Origin: Hormiphora californensis
Taxonomy: Eukaryota; Animalia; Ctenophora
Direction of reading: 5' to 3'
Length of the DNA stretch: 64,000 nucleotides
Assembly: GCA_020137815.1 (NCBI GenBank)
Contig: CM035355.1
Coordinates: 5,270,001 to 5,334,000 of the forward strand
The stretch's first letter is position 1, and the number at the start of each line of letters is the position of its first letter. Below, in pieces: positions 31,221-42,459 of the stretch. The notes beneath the pieces are model-generated. The model did no database searches. It had not been told where the DNA came from and worked only from the letters and a program-made list of their open reading frames with translations. The position numbers and the translations under genes were made by a program.

Positions 31221-33087
31221 ACCAAGGAAGGAAACATATAAATTGTTTTTATATAAAATATATAATACTTACTAGTTTTTACTGTTTACAGCATATTATC
31301 CAGATTAAAAGTTTAAAAATTCTTTCATGTCATGTTTTACAGGACCCCCCGTCGTTGCCCACGACGACTGTCGGCGCCCACTACCTTCAACGATCATGAT
31401 CAAGAGTCGGACATGTCTAGCATCGATAATTCAATTCCAGAAACATCTTCTAGCTCTGTAAGTTTCGTTACTCCATAGCATGGTGTGTCAGTCTAAGGAG
31501 AAACATCTAATTTTAGTTTTGAAAATCGGATTTCTAGAATTTTCCGTGTTTACTAATTACAATTTATAACAGGAACCGGTGTCACGACGGAGCTATAATA
31601 GAGACTATATAGCAGGGACTGTGCGAGCATGTATAGATATGGGCTTGGATTTAGAGGAGCTAATCGAATTCATAATCAGGTTAGAGCAGACGCAGGGGAA
31701 AGAGAGGAGACCCCACTAAGTAAATTCAGGAGCCAGTATGATGTTGCAAGAAAACACCTACCAAAGTGGTTAAATGGGTTCGCACCACACAGTAAGTACA
31801 TACCTCCACAGTGGTCCACCTACAGAACCAAAGCATTAGGTTATTGCTGATGATCGATGATCAAGGGTGTTAGTTTCGGTAGGAATATTGGTAGTATATT
31901 AGCCCTCGGCGGTGCAAGGATCTCTAGACTACCAGTCTTCATCACAGACTAGGATTTATCATGATAATGCACTGTGGCAGCATTTTTAGAGCCAACGGAA
32001 AAGTGAAATGGACTGGATCCGGGGAGCCAGGCACGGGCCAACACTTGAAAATAGATCTTGCCGTACGTTACTACTAAGTAGTAGTAATACTATCATTTTA
32101 TTACATTATTTATTCTTCTTTTATTATTTATTCTTCTTTCATTATTCATAAAAACTTGACATTGTCAATATATTGCTCTCATTGTTGTAGAGAAGAAGAA
32201 CCGAATATAAATATGGGAGGGATAACCAATTACGCAATAACCCTGCAAATGAATTGGATGAGGAGACACGAACAAATTACACGGGTGAAGGGTCGGTTAG
32301 AGCCCCCACCCCCCCCCCCCAAATACCTACGGGCACCGAGGATTTCAACTCCACCAGCCTCGTGATCGTATGAGCCGCCTGCTCCTCAGGAAAGCTTGAT
32401 GAGCAGTGGATAAGGGCAGTGGTTCAGGAGACCGTGGCTACCCTGCAAAGGGAGTGGATTGACAGGCAGGTAAACCCACAGATGACGGGGTTTCTATTGG
32501 CGGACTGGAGTTCGTTTCTGGGACAGTGGGACCGAGCAGGCTCCTTCCCGCTACCGTTAGCGGAGAGATTTCTTCACGAGGTACACCGGTGGGAGATCAG
32601 GCGTACTGACGCCGGGGCAGCGGACGAGGTGTTGAGGCGGGTAGCTGAGCAGCTGGGGCACTACGCCCAAGAGATAGAGGTTCGGGTGGAACCAAACATA
32701 CACATCGAGGAGACCTGACGCGGGGAGGAGATCCAGGGGAGCTGTGCAACGGGTGAGAGCGGCAATGAGCCAGCTCGTGGGCACCTCCGCCGAATGGCCA
32801 GTATTTTTATGATAGACATTTATTTATTAATTAATTTACTTTTACTTTTACTTTTATCTTTACTTTTATCTTTATCTTTATTTTTACTTCTACATCTTTA
32901 CTTTTACATCCTTTTTACATCTTTACTTTTACATACATCCTTTTAAATTTAAACTAGTCAGGACCACTGACCTGGTTATCGGGGCAGTCTTGGAAGAACA
33001 ACACGTGGTTTGAACGAAATAGTTAATTCTAAATTTCTATTATCTTGTGTGTTGCTCTGTTGATCTAATCTATAAGAGTTCCGGAGT

Positions 33088-33972
33088 TGTTGTTGTTGTT
33101 GTTGTAAGCGCCTCCGCTTCCGGTCCTCTGCTTGAGATTTTATCCCGTCAGGCAGCCAGTTCCTCACGCCCGAGATGGACGGAGCTCAGGTTCCAGAGTT
33201 TCCTCTTTCCCCCGGGAGAGTATTCTTCCTCCGTCTTATGTCTATGGCTTTAGAGATAAGGGTGGAATCGTCTCCCATAACTGTCTTGACAGGTCTCATG
33301 AAGAGGGCCGCACCAGCACTGTTTTCACATTGTGCCAGTCTCGGATATCTCCAGCGACCCTTGGTGAGTGGTATCTCAGCATTGATCGTTTTCGATGTGG
33401 CCTTGGCTAGGACAATTCGGACGCTCCATTGACTATGGCACCTTTATAGATTTTGCGCTGCCAACCTCTGATTTGTAATCAGTACTCCATGGGGGTTCAT
33501 GGAACATCACTTTTTGTTCATGATGCAGATGCAGCGTCCGGCCGTTCATGGGGTAATTAGGGCAGGTTCCTTCCCAAAACGGAACTCTGGCGTGTAGAAT
33601 GTTTAGAGGTTTCGGTATCTATGTGCGTCACTCATAGAAATTTGTTATATAGTGTGGGATGGTGGTTTGAAATATGGAGGGTTATTATGGAGGGTTATCT
33701 GAACAGTTTGCTTTTGTGTATTAATTGGGTGAATTTGTTCCAGTCAAGGTTCTCGTCTCCATAGATTTCCTCAACTACATTTTGGTAGTTTAGTCTGTAT
33801 CTAACCTCATCAAGTCTGGGGCAATATATGATGACATGTTCTGAGTTCTCTTTCGCGTTGCAGAGGTCGCATTTTGGGTTAATTTTTGTATCTTGGTGAT
33901 GTTGGGAGGCCGCGAGGTTGTTTTGGCCCGAGATTGCTAGTGTTAGTTCTCTGAGCAGTATTTTATCAGTGA
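33088..33972 (-). mobile_element. 5'-truncated non-LTR retrotransposon (LINE) with CCHC zinc knuckle, long 3' UTR and (CAA)n tail
   Basis: The minus-strand ORF end has PKCDLCNAKENSEHVIIYCP. (TTG)n at 33088-33104. 7-bp TSD CCGGAGT at 33081-33087 and 33973-33979. The empty site is seen in paralogous copies near 35118 and 37331. Confidence 0.85.
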
Positions 33973-35265
33973 CCGGAGTGCCGTAATGACCGACCAACAA
34001 CCCTTAGAGACCCGATATTGCACCTCAGAATGTGAGAATGGACAACGAATTGTTCTACCTCCTCCCATCAGTATACATATCTAGTTATGGGAAAGAAGTT
34101 AAGGATGGACAAGGGAGTAGATTCAAAATCAATTTGAAAAGAAAAGAAATCCTGAACAGAAAGCGGTTCGCGACCCATCTGACGCTGAAAAAATGAGTTC
34201 ATGAAGAGGCTGGAGAGCTACTTGAGCTCCTTTTACGGGTCATTTCCATTAGGGTATGCTACACTTGGGAAAGCGAGTAAAACTAAACTTTATGCTGATC
34301 TTAAGTTCATATCTCCATAACAAAGCTAGGGAGGATTGCAGCAAAGCCTATTTTCAATATTGTTATGTCAGTGTTTGATAGCAAATAACAGCAAATCAAC
34401 CACTGGAACCCGTATTTAATTATGTGTCATCAATCCCTCTATTTTCTGATGAGATTATGGAGGAAGAAGATGGAGACTCTATGGTTACAGATCTATGCAA
34501 TTGTAAATATATATTATATATCACCGCCAGTGATTAGTTAAATTGAGCTTGGGTGTGTGAAGAACCGAATATAAATATTACGAGACAATTATATGGAACC
34601 ATGAACACTTTTATATTTGCAGTAGTCATATGTCAACAATTCCTGGTTAGGGCGTGTGTGGGTCTCGATGCTCCCAGCGTCTGCCTGAGTAGAGACCAGT
34701 GGTACACCACCTGGTACTGAGGCTGCACACTGCACACTGCACAACGATGTGATTTTCATGTGGAGAGAGGTCCTCTCGGAAGGCCTCCCTATTGGAGGTG
34801 CGGACACATACTTCCCTTATGGAAGTATTTCCGTGGTGCTACTGACCGTGCAAACTTGAGGTGTGGTATTTTAATGATAAACATTTATCTATTAATTATC
34901 TTTTACTTTTATCTTTACTTTTACTTTTATCTTTACTTTTACTTTTACATCCTTTTTACATCCTTTACTTTTACATCCCTTTAAATTTAAATTAGCAAGG
35001 ACCACTACCCTGGTTATCGGGGCAGTCTTGGTTTGAACGAAATAGAGATAGGAAATAGTTCATTCTCACATTTATATTATCTTGTATGTTGCTCTGCTGA
35101 TCTATTTTATAAGAGTTCCGGAGTGCCGTAATGACCGACAAACAACCCTTAGAGACCCCGATATTGATCTTCAGAATGTGAGATCTAATGGACAACGAAT
35201 TGTTCTACCTCCTCCCATCAGTATACATATCTAGTTATGGGAAAGAAGTTAAAGGATGGACAAGG

Positions 35266-35770
35266 CACTATGTGGTCATGTCCGATAGGCTCGCGAGATT
35301 TAGTGATTTTGATAGAAAACGCGCAGTAGATGCTCAATTTTGACCAAGATCCAACCTCGTTGCGCGTTTTTACGTGTAAAACCAGCGCTGACAAGTGCTT
35401 TTTTAGCATAAATATCGCATTTAATACATGACCGCATCGGACCGGTTGCGATGGAAAGGTTGCATAGTAATCTCTAGCCCCCTAGCTTTCTTTTGATACC
35501 AAAATTTAGGTTGCGCTTTGAACAGAAGCCAGTTTTTGGGCTATAGGATGAACTTTGATGCCATGCTGTCCAAAACCTGCCGCACTTTCAGCCAAGTTAT
35601 GGGTAGCAAAATGATCTTTAGACGATTACCTACAACTGCTACACAATTTCCAGGGTGTTTGACAGCACACGCAAGCGTGCACGCTCCCTGAAAGCGCCTA
35701 ACAAAATCGCGCAAAACCCCTCAAAACGGAGGATTCCTATCGGACAAATGCGCGTTTTGACCACATAGTG
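35266..35770. mobile_element. Non-autonomous Transib-type DNA transposon (MITE, 505 bp)
   Basis: TIR CACTATGTGGTCA...TGACCACATAGTG, with further inverted match TGTCCGATAGG. 5-bp TSD CAAGG (35261-35265 and 35771-35775). Empty site GGACAAGGGAGTAG at about 34107. Confidence 0.88.
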
Positions 35771-36659
35771 CAAGGGAGTAGATTCAAAATCAATTTGAAA
35801 AGAAAAGAAATCCTAAACGGAAAGCGGTTCACGACCCATCTGACGCTGAAAAAATGAGTTCATGAAGAGGCTGGAGAGTTACTTGGGCTCCTTTTACGGG
35901 TCATTTCCATTAGGGTATGCTACACTTGGGAAAGCGAGTAAAACTAAACTTTATGCTGATCTTAAGTTCATATCCAAGGTGGAGGATGTTATCTCCATAA
36001 CAAAGCTAGGGAGGATTGCAGCAAAGCCTATTTTTAATATTGTTATGTCAGTGTTTGCCAGTACGACAAATCAACCACTAGAACCCGTATTTAATTATGT
36101 GCCATCAATCCCTCTATTTTCTGATGAGATTTTGGAGGAAGAAGATGGAGACTCTATGGTTACAGATATGCAATTGTAAATATATTATATATCACCCGCC
36201 AGTGAGCTGAACCGGACGTACTCGGTGAGAAGACCCGACGAGAGGAGGAGATCAAGGGGAGCTGTGAGGAGGGTGAGAGAAGCGATGAGCGTCCAACCAT
36301 GGGCGATGCCCATCTGGTACTGAGGCTGCACAACGATGTGATCTACATGTGAAGAGAGGTCCTCTAGGAAGGCCTCCCTTATTATGGAGGTCCGGACAAA
36401 TACTTCCCACATGGAAGTATTTCCGTGGTGCCACTGATCGTGAAACTTGAGGTGTGGTATTTTAATGATAAACATTTATTTATTAATTATCTTTACTTTT
36501 ACTTTTATCTTTACTTTTACTTTTACTTTTATCTTTACTTTTATCTTTATCTTTATCTTTACTTTTACATCTTTACTTTACATCATTTTTACATCTTTTA
36601 CATTTACATCCTTTTAAATTTAAGGCCCTATTGGGCAACTGAAACGAAGAGAGGTCGTC

Positions 36660-36835
36660 CCCGCTTACATATGTAAAATATGTTTGAGGTCATTTGACAG
36701 AAACGACAACCTGAAGAGGCACGAAAGTACCTGTGGGAAGAGAGGACGTGGAACAGTAGAGTGTGGAAAGAGTTGTGGGAAGAAGTTCAAGATTGAGGGC
36801 AAATGTAAGAACAACCATGAAAGGAGATGTGAGGG
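36660..36835 (+). pseudogene. Two C2HC-type zinc-finger motifs, probably mobile-element derived
   Basis: YICKICLRSFDRNDNLKRHESTC and ECGKSCGKKFKIEGKCKNNHERRC. Confidence 0.55.
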
Positions 36836-39411
36836 GAAAAAGGAAAGCGATAGAGAGCGACAAGGACAGGCACTGCCACCCCTGGACATCCACGCGATAT
36901 CCTCTCGGAAGGCCTCCCTGATGGAGGTGCGGAGACATACTTCCCATATGGAAGTATTTTCGTGGTGCCACTGCTCGTGCAAACTGGAGGTGTAGTATTT
37001 TTATGATAAACATTTATCTATTAATTATCTTTACTTTTACTTTTATCTTTACTTTTGCTTTTACTTTTACTTTTATCTTTACTTTTACATCTTTACTTTT
37101 ACTTTTATCTTTATCTTTACTTTTACTTTTACATCTTTACTTTTACATCATTTTTACATCTTTTACTTTTACATCCTTTTAAATTTAAATTAGCAAGGAC
37201 CACTACCCTGGTTATCGGGGCAGTTTTGGAAGAACAACACGTGATTTGAACGAAATAGAGACAGGAAATAGTTCATTCTCACATTTCTATTATCTTGTGT
37301 GTTGCTCTGCTGATCTAATTTATAAGAGTTCCGGAGTGCTGTAATGACCGACCAACAATATAGACCCTTAGAGACCCCGATATTGCACCTCAGAATGTGA
37401 GAATGGACAACGAATTGTTCTACCTCCTCCCATCAGTATACATATCTAGTTATGGGAAAGAAGTTAAAGGATGGACGAGGGAGGGACATGTGCGTAACCT
37501 CCCATGCGGATTTGAATGTCCTAGCCAGAACTGGAGATAGGCTCTCAATCACATTGTGGGGAAGAAACACAAAGGGGGACCACCAGGAAGGGGATGCCCA
37601 TAAAAAGGTGCTATTAGTTAAATGTGGATACATATATCCCTTACCAGGTGTAAACCCTCCTTGATTGGTGAGATCCCTTTTGGTGCCGCCCACTTCCAGA
37701 TTAGAGAGATTTTAGGGACAATTTAAATTTTGATTAATATATGATATCCCTTTCCAGGTGTAAGCCCGGGATTGGCGGGATCGGACAATATTTAGTGTTT
37801 TTATTTAGAAAATATATTTTTCAACGTGAAGAATATCATGTGTGATCCTATCGTGAAGGACCGACAAGGGGATGGCATTCCCGCATACCGATAAGACAGA
37901 AGGTTATATCGGGGAAGACTGGAATACGGGCATCTTTAAGCTTAAGAGTCGAGATCAAAGGAATCCCTATGCATATCCATTTGCTTTGTCGAACAAGGCA
38001 AATACCCATCAGTTATAAGAGTGGAACCTACCGCTACTGTGCTACAAGAGTAAGAGCTGGTAATAAGAGCTTTACTTGAGGAGCAGCATGTAGCTTAAAA
38101 TATATAAATAGGAGATATAATAACATTTATTTTGTTCACGAAATATACTAATTAAATGGTAATAACAGTATATTATGTGATAGGTGTGAACTAATAGTTT
38201 GTTTGTGTGTGTAACGTGTGTGTGTGATGTGTGCCATGAGTGTCACAGTTTTCCTGAGTGTTCGTATGGAACGCGCGAGAGTTCCAGATGTGTTGTGAGA
38301 TATCGCGAGCGCGGAATCACGCCATATTCCCGCCGCGCGAGAGATGTTTTACCTCTGATGTTTTGTGAGAATGCAAGAAAGTTTGTCAAAACTTCTTCCT
38401 AACAACTATACCTTCGTTTACCTTGAAACCTTCTTCTCACCATTGTAAGAACCTGTGTTTATCTTTATCTACGGAAATACATCGGTACGGTCACCCAACG
38501 CCCCTGGACCCTGAAACCCCCCACAATACCCCGAAACATATTATGTTATTAGGACGATGATCATACCGTAAAGAAGGACCAACAAGGTGATGGAATTTCC
38601 CGGCATACCAACTTCCCGATGACGAGGAAATGACATTTCGAATGTGTGTTGGAGAAGTCTCGGTCTCTCTGCCCACTCATGACCGGACCCACCAGACTCT
38701 CCCACCAAACTGGAGGGACACCGAGGAAGAAACATGGATACTGTTCAACGCGGATCTGACCGTACTCCAACGTCCCAACTGGAGGGAGTTGTAAAATATG
38801 TGGCATGGAGACCGCCGATTCTGGCGAAGGCTGATCTTCGAAAAGTATCTTTCGGACATGCCGGAAGATGAGGAGATGATATGCGGATGGTGTGATGTAG
38901 TTCATACACATCTCACCAATCAAGGAGGGACCACCAGTGCAGGAAGGGGATGCCCATAAAAAGTTCCTATTAGTGAGATGTGGCTATATCCCCTTCAAGG
39001 TATAAGCCCCCCTTAATTGGTGGGACGTGTGGGATGAAATTTATATATTTTATTACGTATTTATTTTTATTTAGTTTTTTAATTACCAATAGTCTTTATA
39101 TTTCCATTATATCCGCTGTTCCTCAATCTCTAATGTCATAAGCTGGAGTATATTTCTAATTAACATCTGTAACATCTTTTTCTCTCTATAGCAAGATTCT
39201 GCAAGAATGAGCAACCTCACATGTATCCCATGCGGATTTTAAACTCCGCACAAAGCTCTCATTGCGATCGTGAAAAAGCACACTACTGTTTACCGCGCAT
39301 GTAGAGGGCGCGCCACACCGTGGAATACCAATGAAGTGGTCTGAGAGAGGAGCTGCATAAAACACTGTATCATACTGTGAAATATATACCCCCAAATTCC
39401 TCACACAACAC

Positions 39412-39738
39412 AACTTGTGTGGTGTGTTGGTATGATTCATCGACTACGAATCAGGATGTCCAGGGTTCAAATCCCGGTGTGGCTACTATAAAATTTTTGT
39501 TGACCTTTTTAATGTTCACTTTTCTCTTATTATCAGTTGGGAATAATTAAGTTAATTGCATTCATGAACACATACAATTACGGTGAATTAACTGATGATT
39601 TAAAACAGCAAATTATAAATAGAAGCAAGAAGTCAAACAATTGAAGTTTGAACACTCAGAGGACCCCCTATCAGGAAGCTGGATAAAAAATCTCGGGTGA
39701 CCAAAAACTACACACCCTGACACCATCCATATTACACG

Positions 39739-39769
<31 letters not shown>

Positions 39770-39809
39770 CTCCTCTCATCCTCTCTCTCTTCTCTCTCTC
39801 TCTCTCCTC

Positions 39810-39854
<45 letters not shown>

Positions 39855-39860
39855 CTCTTC
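39412..39860 (+). mobile_element. Probable tRNA-Arg(ACG)-derived SINE: degenerate tRNA head 39412-39484, unique body, (CT)n tail
   Basis: A-box-like TGGTGTGTTGG, anticodon arm GACTACGAATC and B-box GGTTCAAATCC. The acceptor stem does not pair, so it is not a functional tRNA. Confidence 0.6.
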
Positions 39861-40121
39861 TCTCTCTCTCTCTCTCTTTTCTCTTTCTCAATCTACATTC
39901 TTTATCTATCTCTATCACTATCTCTATCACTATCTCTCAATAGTTTTTTTAACCACCCCTCGTTCTCTCTCCGTATCCCTCTTTCTCTCACGGGTATTAT
40001 AGAGAGAGAAAGAGAGAGAGTTACCTTTGTAGTTACCTTTGTAGATGATCTGGTCGAATGTACGTCAGGCTAACAGACTGCTGACCGCGCCTTGAGAGGG
40101 AAAGATAGAGAGAGAGAGAGA

Positions 40122-40153
<32 letters not shown>

Positions 40154-40169
40154 TCGAGAGAGAGAGAGT

Positions 40170-40255
40170 AAAGAAGATAAAGAGATGAGGGGGAGAGAGG
40201 GGAGAGAGAGAGAGGGGAAGAGAGAAGGAGAGAGAAGAGGAAGGAGATAGAGAGA

Positions 40256-40312
<57 letters not shown>

Positions 40313-40621
40313 TGTAATATGGATGGTGTCAGGGTGTGTAGTTTTTGGTCACCCGAGATTTTTTATCCAGCTTCCTGATAGGGGGTCCTCTGAGTGTTCA
40401 AACTTCAATTGTTTGACTTCTTGCTTCTATTATAATTTGCTGTTTTAAATCACAGTTAATCACCGTAATGTATGTGTTCATGAATGCAATTAACTTAATT
40501 ATTCCCAATGATATAGAGAAAGGGACATTAAAAAGTCAACAAAAAATTTATAGAGCCACCCGGGATTGAACCTGGAATCCTGATTCGTAGTCGATGAATC
40601 ATACCAAACACAAAACAAGTT
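40170..40621 (-). mobile_element. Inverted second copy of the tRNA-derived SINE
   Basis: 40311-40621 is the reverse complement of about 39412-39739, with single-base deletions accumulating toward 40620. Confidence 0.65.
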
Positions 40622-42459
40622 GTGGGTTTTTGAGGAAGGGTGGGGGTATATATTGCAAGGGAAAGGGGAGAGGAAAGGTTTAGGTGGGGGCCCCCAAAAA
40701 GGGGAAAAAGGGGGGGGAAAGGGGGAAAAATTTGGGAAAAGGGAAAGAAAATTTTTTAGGGGTTTTGGGGAATTTTATACATATCTAGTTACGGGAAAGA
40801 AGTCAATATAAAGGATGGACGAGGGAGGGACATGTGTGTAATCTCCAATGCGGATTTGAATGTCCTAGCCAGAACTGGAAACTGGCTCTCAATCAAATGG
40901 AGGGAGAGATAAAAAGGTGCTATTAGTTAAATGTGGATACATATATCTCTTTCCAGGTGTAAACCCTCCTTGATTGGTGAGATCCCTTTTGGTGCCGCCC
41001 ACTTCCAGATTAGAGAGATTTTAGGGACAATTTAAATTTTGATTGATATTTGATATCCCTTTCCAGGTGTAAGCCCGGGATTGGCGGGATCGGACAATAT
41101 TTAGTATTTTTATTTAGAAAATATATTTTACAACGTGAAGAATATCATGTGTGATCCTATCGTGAAGGACCAACAGGGGATGTGCACAAGGGAGAGAAGA
41201 GCCAGAGAAGACGGGATTGTACCCGGCACTAAAGCCTGGAGAAGCAAAATCAACAGAGCGATTACCAGAGCCATCATCGAGATAAAAGAAGCCGAAAATA
41301 GGCTTGATATATGATAAATATGATAATGGGTGTAGTAATGTAGTATAGAGTAGGGAGTGAGGGACCTGAAATAGGGTACCAAACGTAGTATATCGACAAA
41401 AAGTTTCCGACTTCCCCGATGATGAGGAAATGACATTTCGCTTGTGTGGAGTCACACATACTATGTTGTTGGATAAGTCTCGGTCTCTCTGCCCATTCAT
41501 GACCGGACACCACAGACTCTCCCACCCAACTGGAGGGACTTGCGGCATGGAGATCGCCGATTCTGGCGAAGACTGATCTTCGAAAAGTATCTTTCGGACA
41601 TGCCGGAAGATGAGGAGATGATATGCGGATGGTGTGATGTAGTACACACATGTCTCACCAATCAAGGAGGGAGCATCAGGAAGGAGATGCACATAAAAAT
41701 GTCATATAAGTGAAATGTGGCTGCATCCCCTTCCAGGTATAAGCCCCCCTTAATTGGTGGGTCGTGTGGGATGAAATTTATATTTATTACATATTAAGTT
41801 TTATTTAGCTTTTTAATTACCAATAGTCTTTATATTTCCATTATATCCGCTGTTCCTCAATCTCTAATTTCATAATTTTGAGTATATTTCTAATTAACCT
41901 CTAACATCTTTTTCTCTCTATAGCAAGATTCTGCAAGAATGAGCAACCTCACCTGTTTCTCATGCGGATTTGAATGTCCTAGCCAGAACTGGAAGCATGA
42001 TCTGAGATCTCCCACACATTGGGGGGAAGAAACACCAAAACACAATTATATAATTGTACTTTGTAGTACTTTTATTTAGAAAATATATATTTTACAACAT
42101 GAAAGATCGACAAAGCATTACAGGTGCTGTCATGTGACAACAGTTCATTTATAATGACGATACTTTCGTCGCCACCAGGAGTCGACACAGACTACCGATG
42201 ACACTGCTCTAACCAGTATACAGAAAGGTATTCAGGAATTGCAACCTGAGAAATATCATTAGCATCTTATACACTCACTTTTAAATGGGAGATCTATGAG
42301 CTGAATTCGAACAAGAAGATGACAACTGAACCAAAGGCAGTGGAACAAGCTGTGGGATCGTTCGGTGTTTACGGTAGCAGGGGCGTTAGTGTTCAGCGAA
42401 CAATCCGTTAGGAGGATTCGTGCGGAAAATCAAGGGGGCTTGACTTTCCAAGAGATTTT

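Larger units (their letters stand above)
32800..37480. repeat. Degenerate tandem segmental repeats (3-4 partial copies) containing (TTTTAC/TTTATC)n tracts
   Basis: Block AGGACCACT.CCTGGTTATCGGGGCAGT..GAACGAAATAG..AAGAGTTCCGGAGT at about 32960, 34997 and 37195. Block CAAGGGAGTAGATTCAAAATC..GGAGACTCTATGGTTACAG at about 34110 and 35771. Confidence 0.9.
37437..41995. repeat. Direct segmental duplication: about 37437-37870 / 40777-41180 and about 38610-39240 / 41410-41970
   Basis: Long near-identical blocks such as GGTGCCGCCCACTTCCAGATTAGAGAG and CGCCGATTCTGGCGAAG.CTGATCTTCGAAAAGTATC. Confidence 0.88.

Noticed and set aside
39412-39484. Functional tRNA-Arg(ACG) gene
   Set aside because: The acceptor and D stems do not pair, and it is attached to a repeat body and microsatellite tail, so it fits a SINE head or pseudogene.
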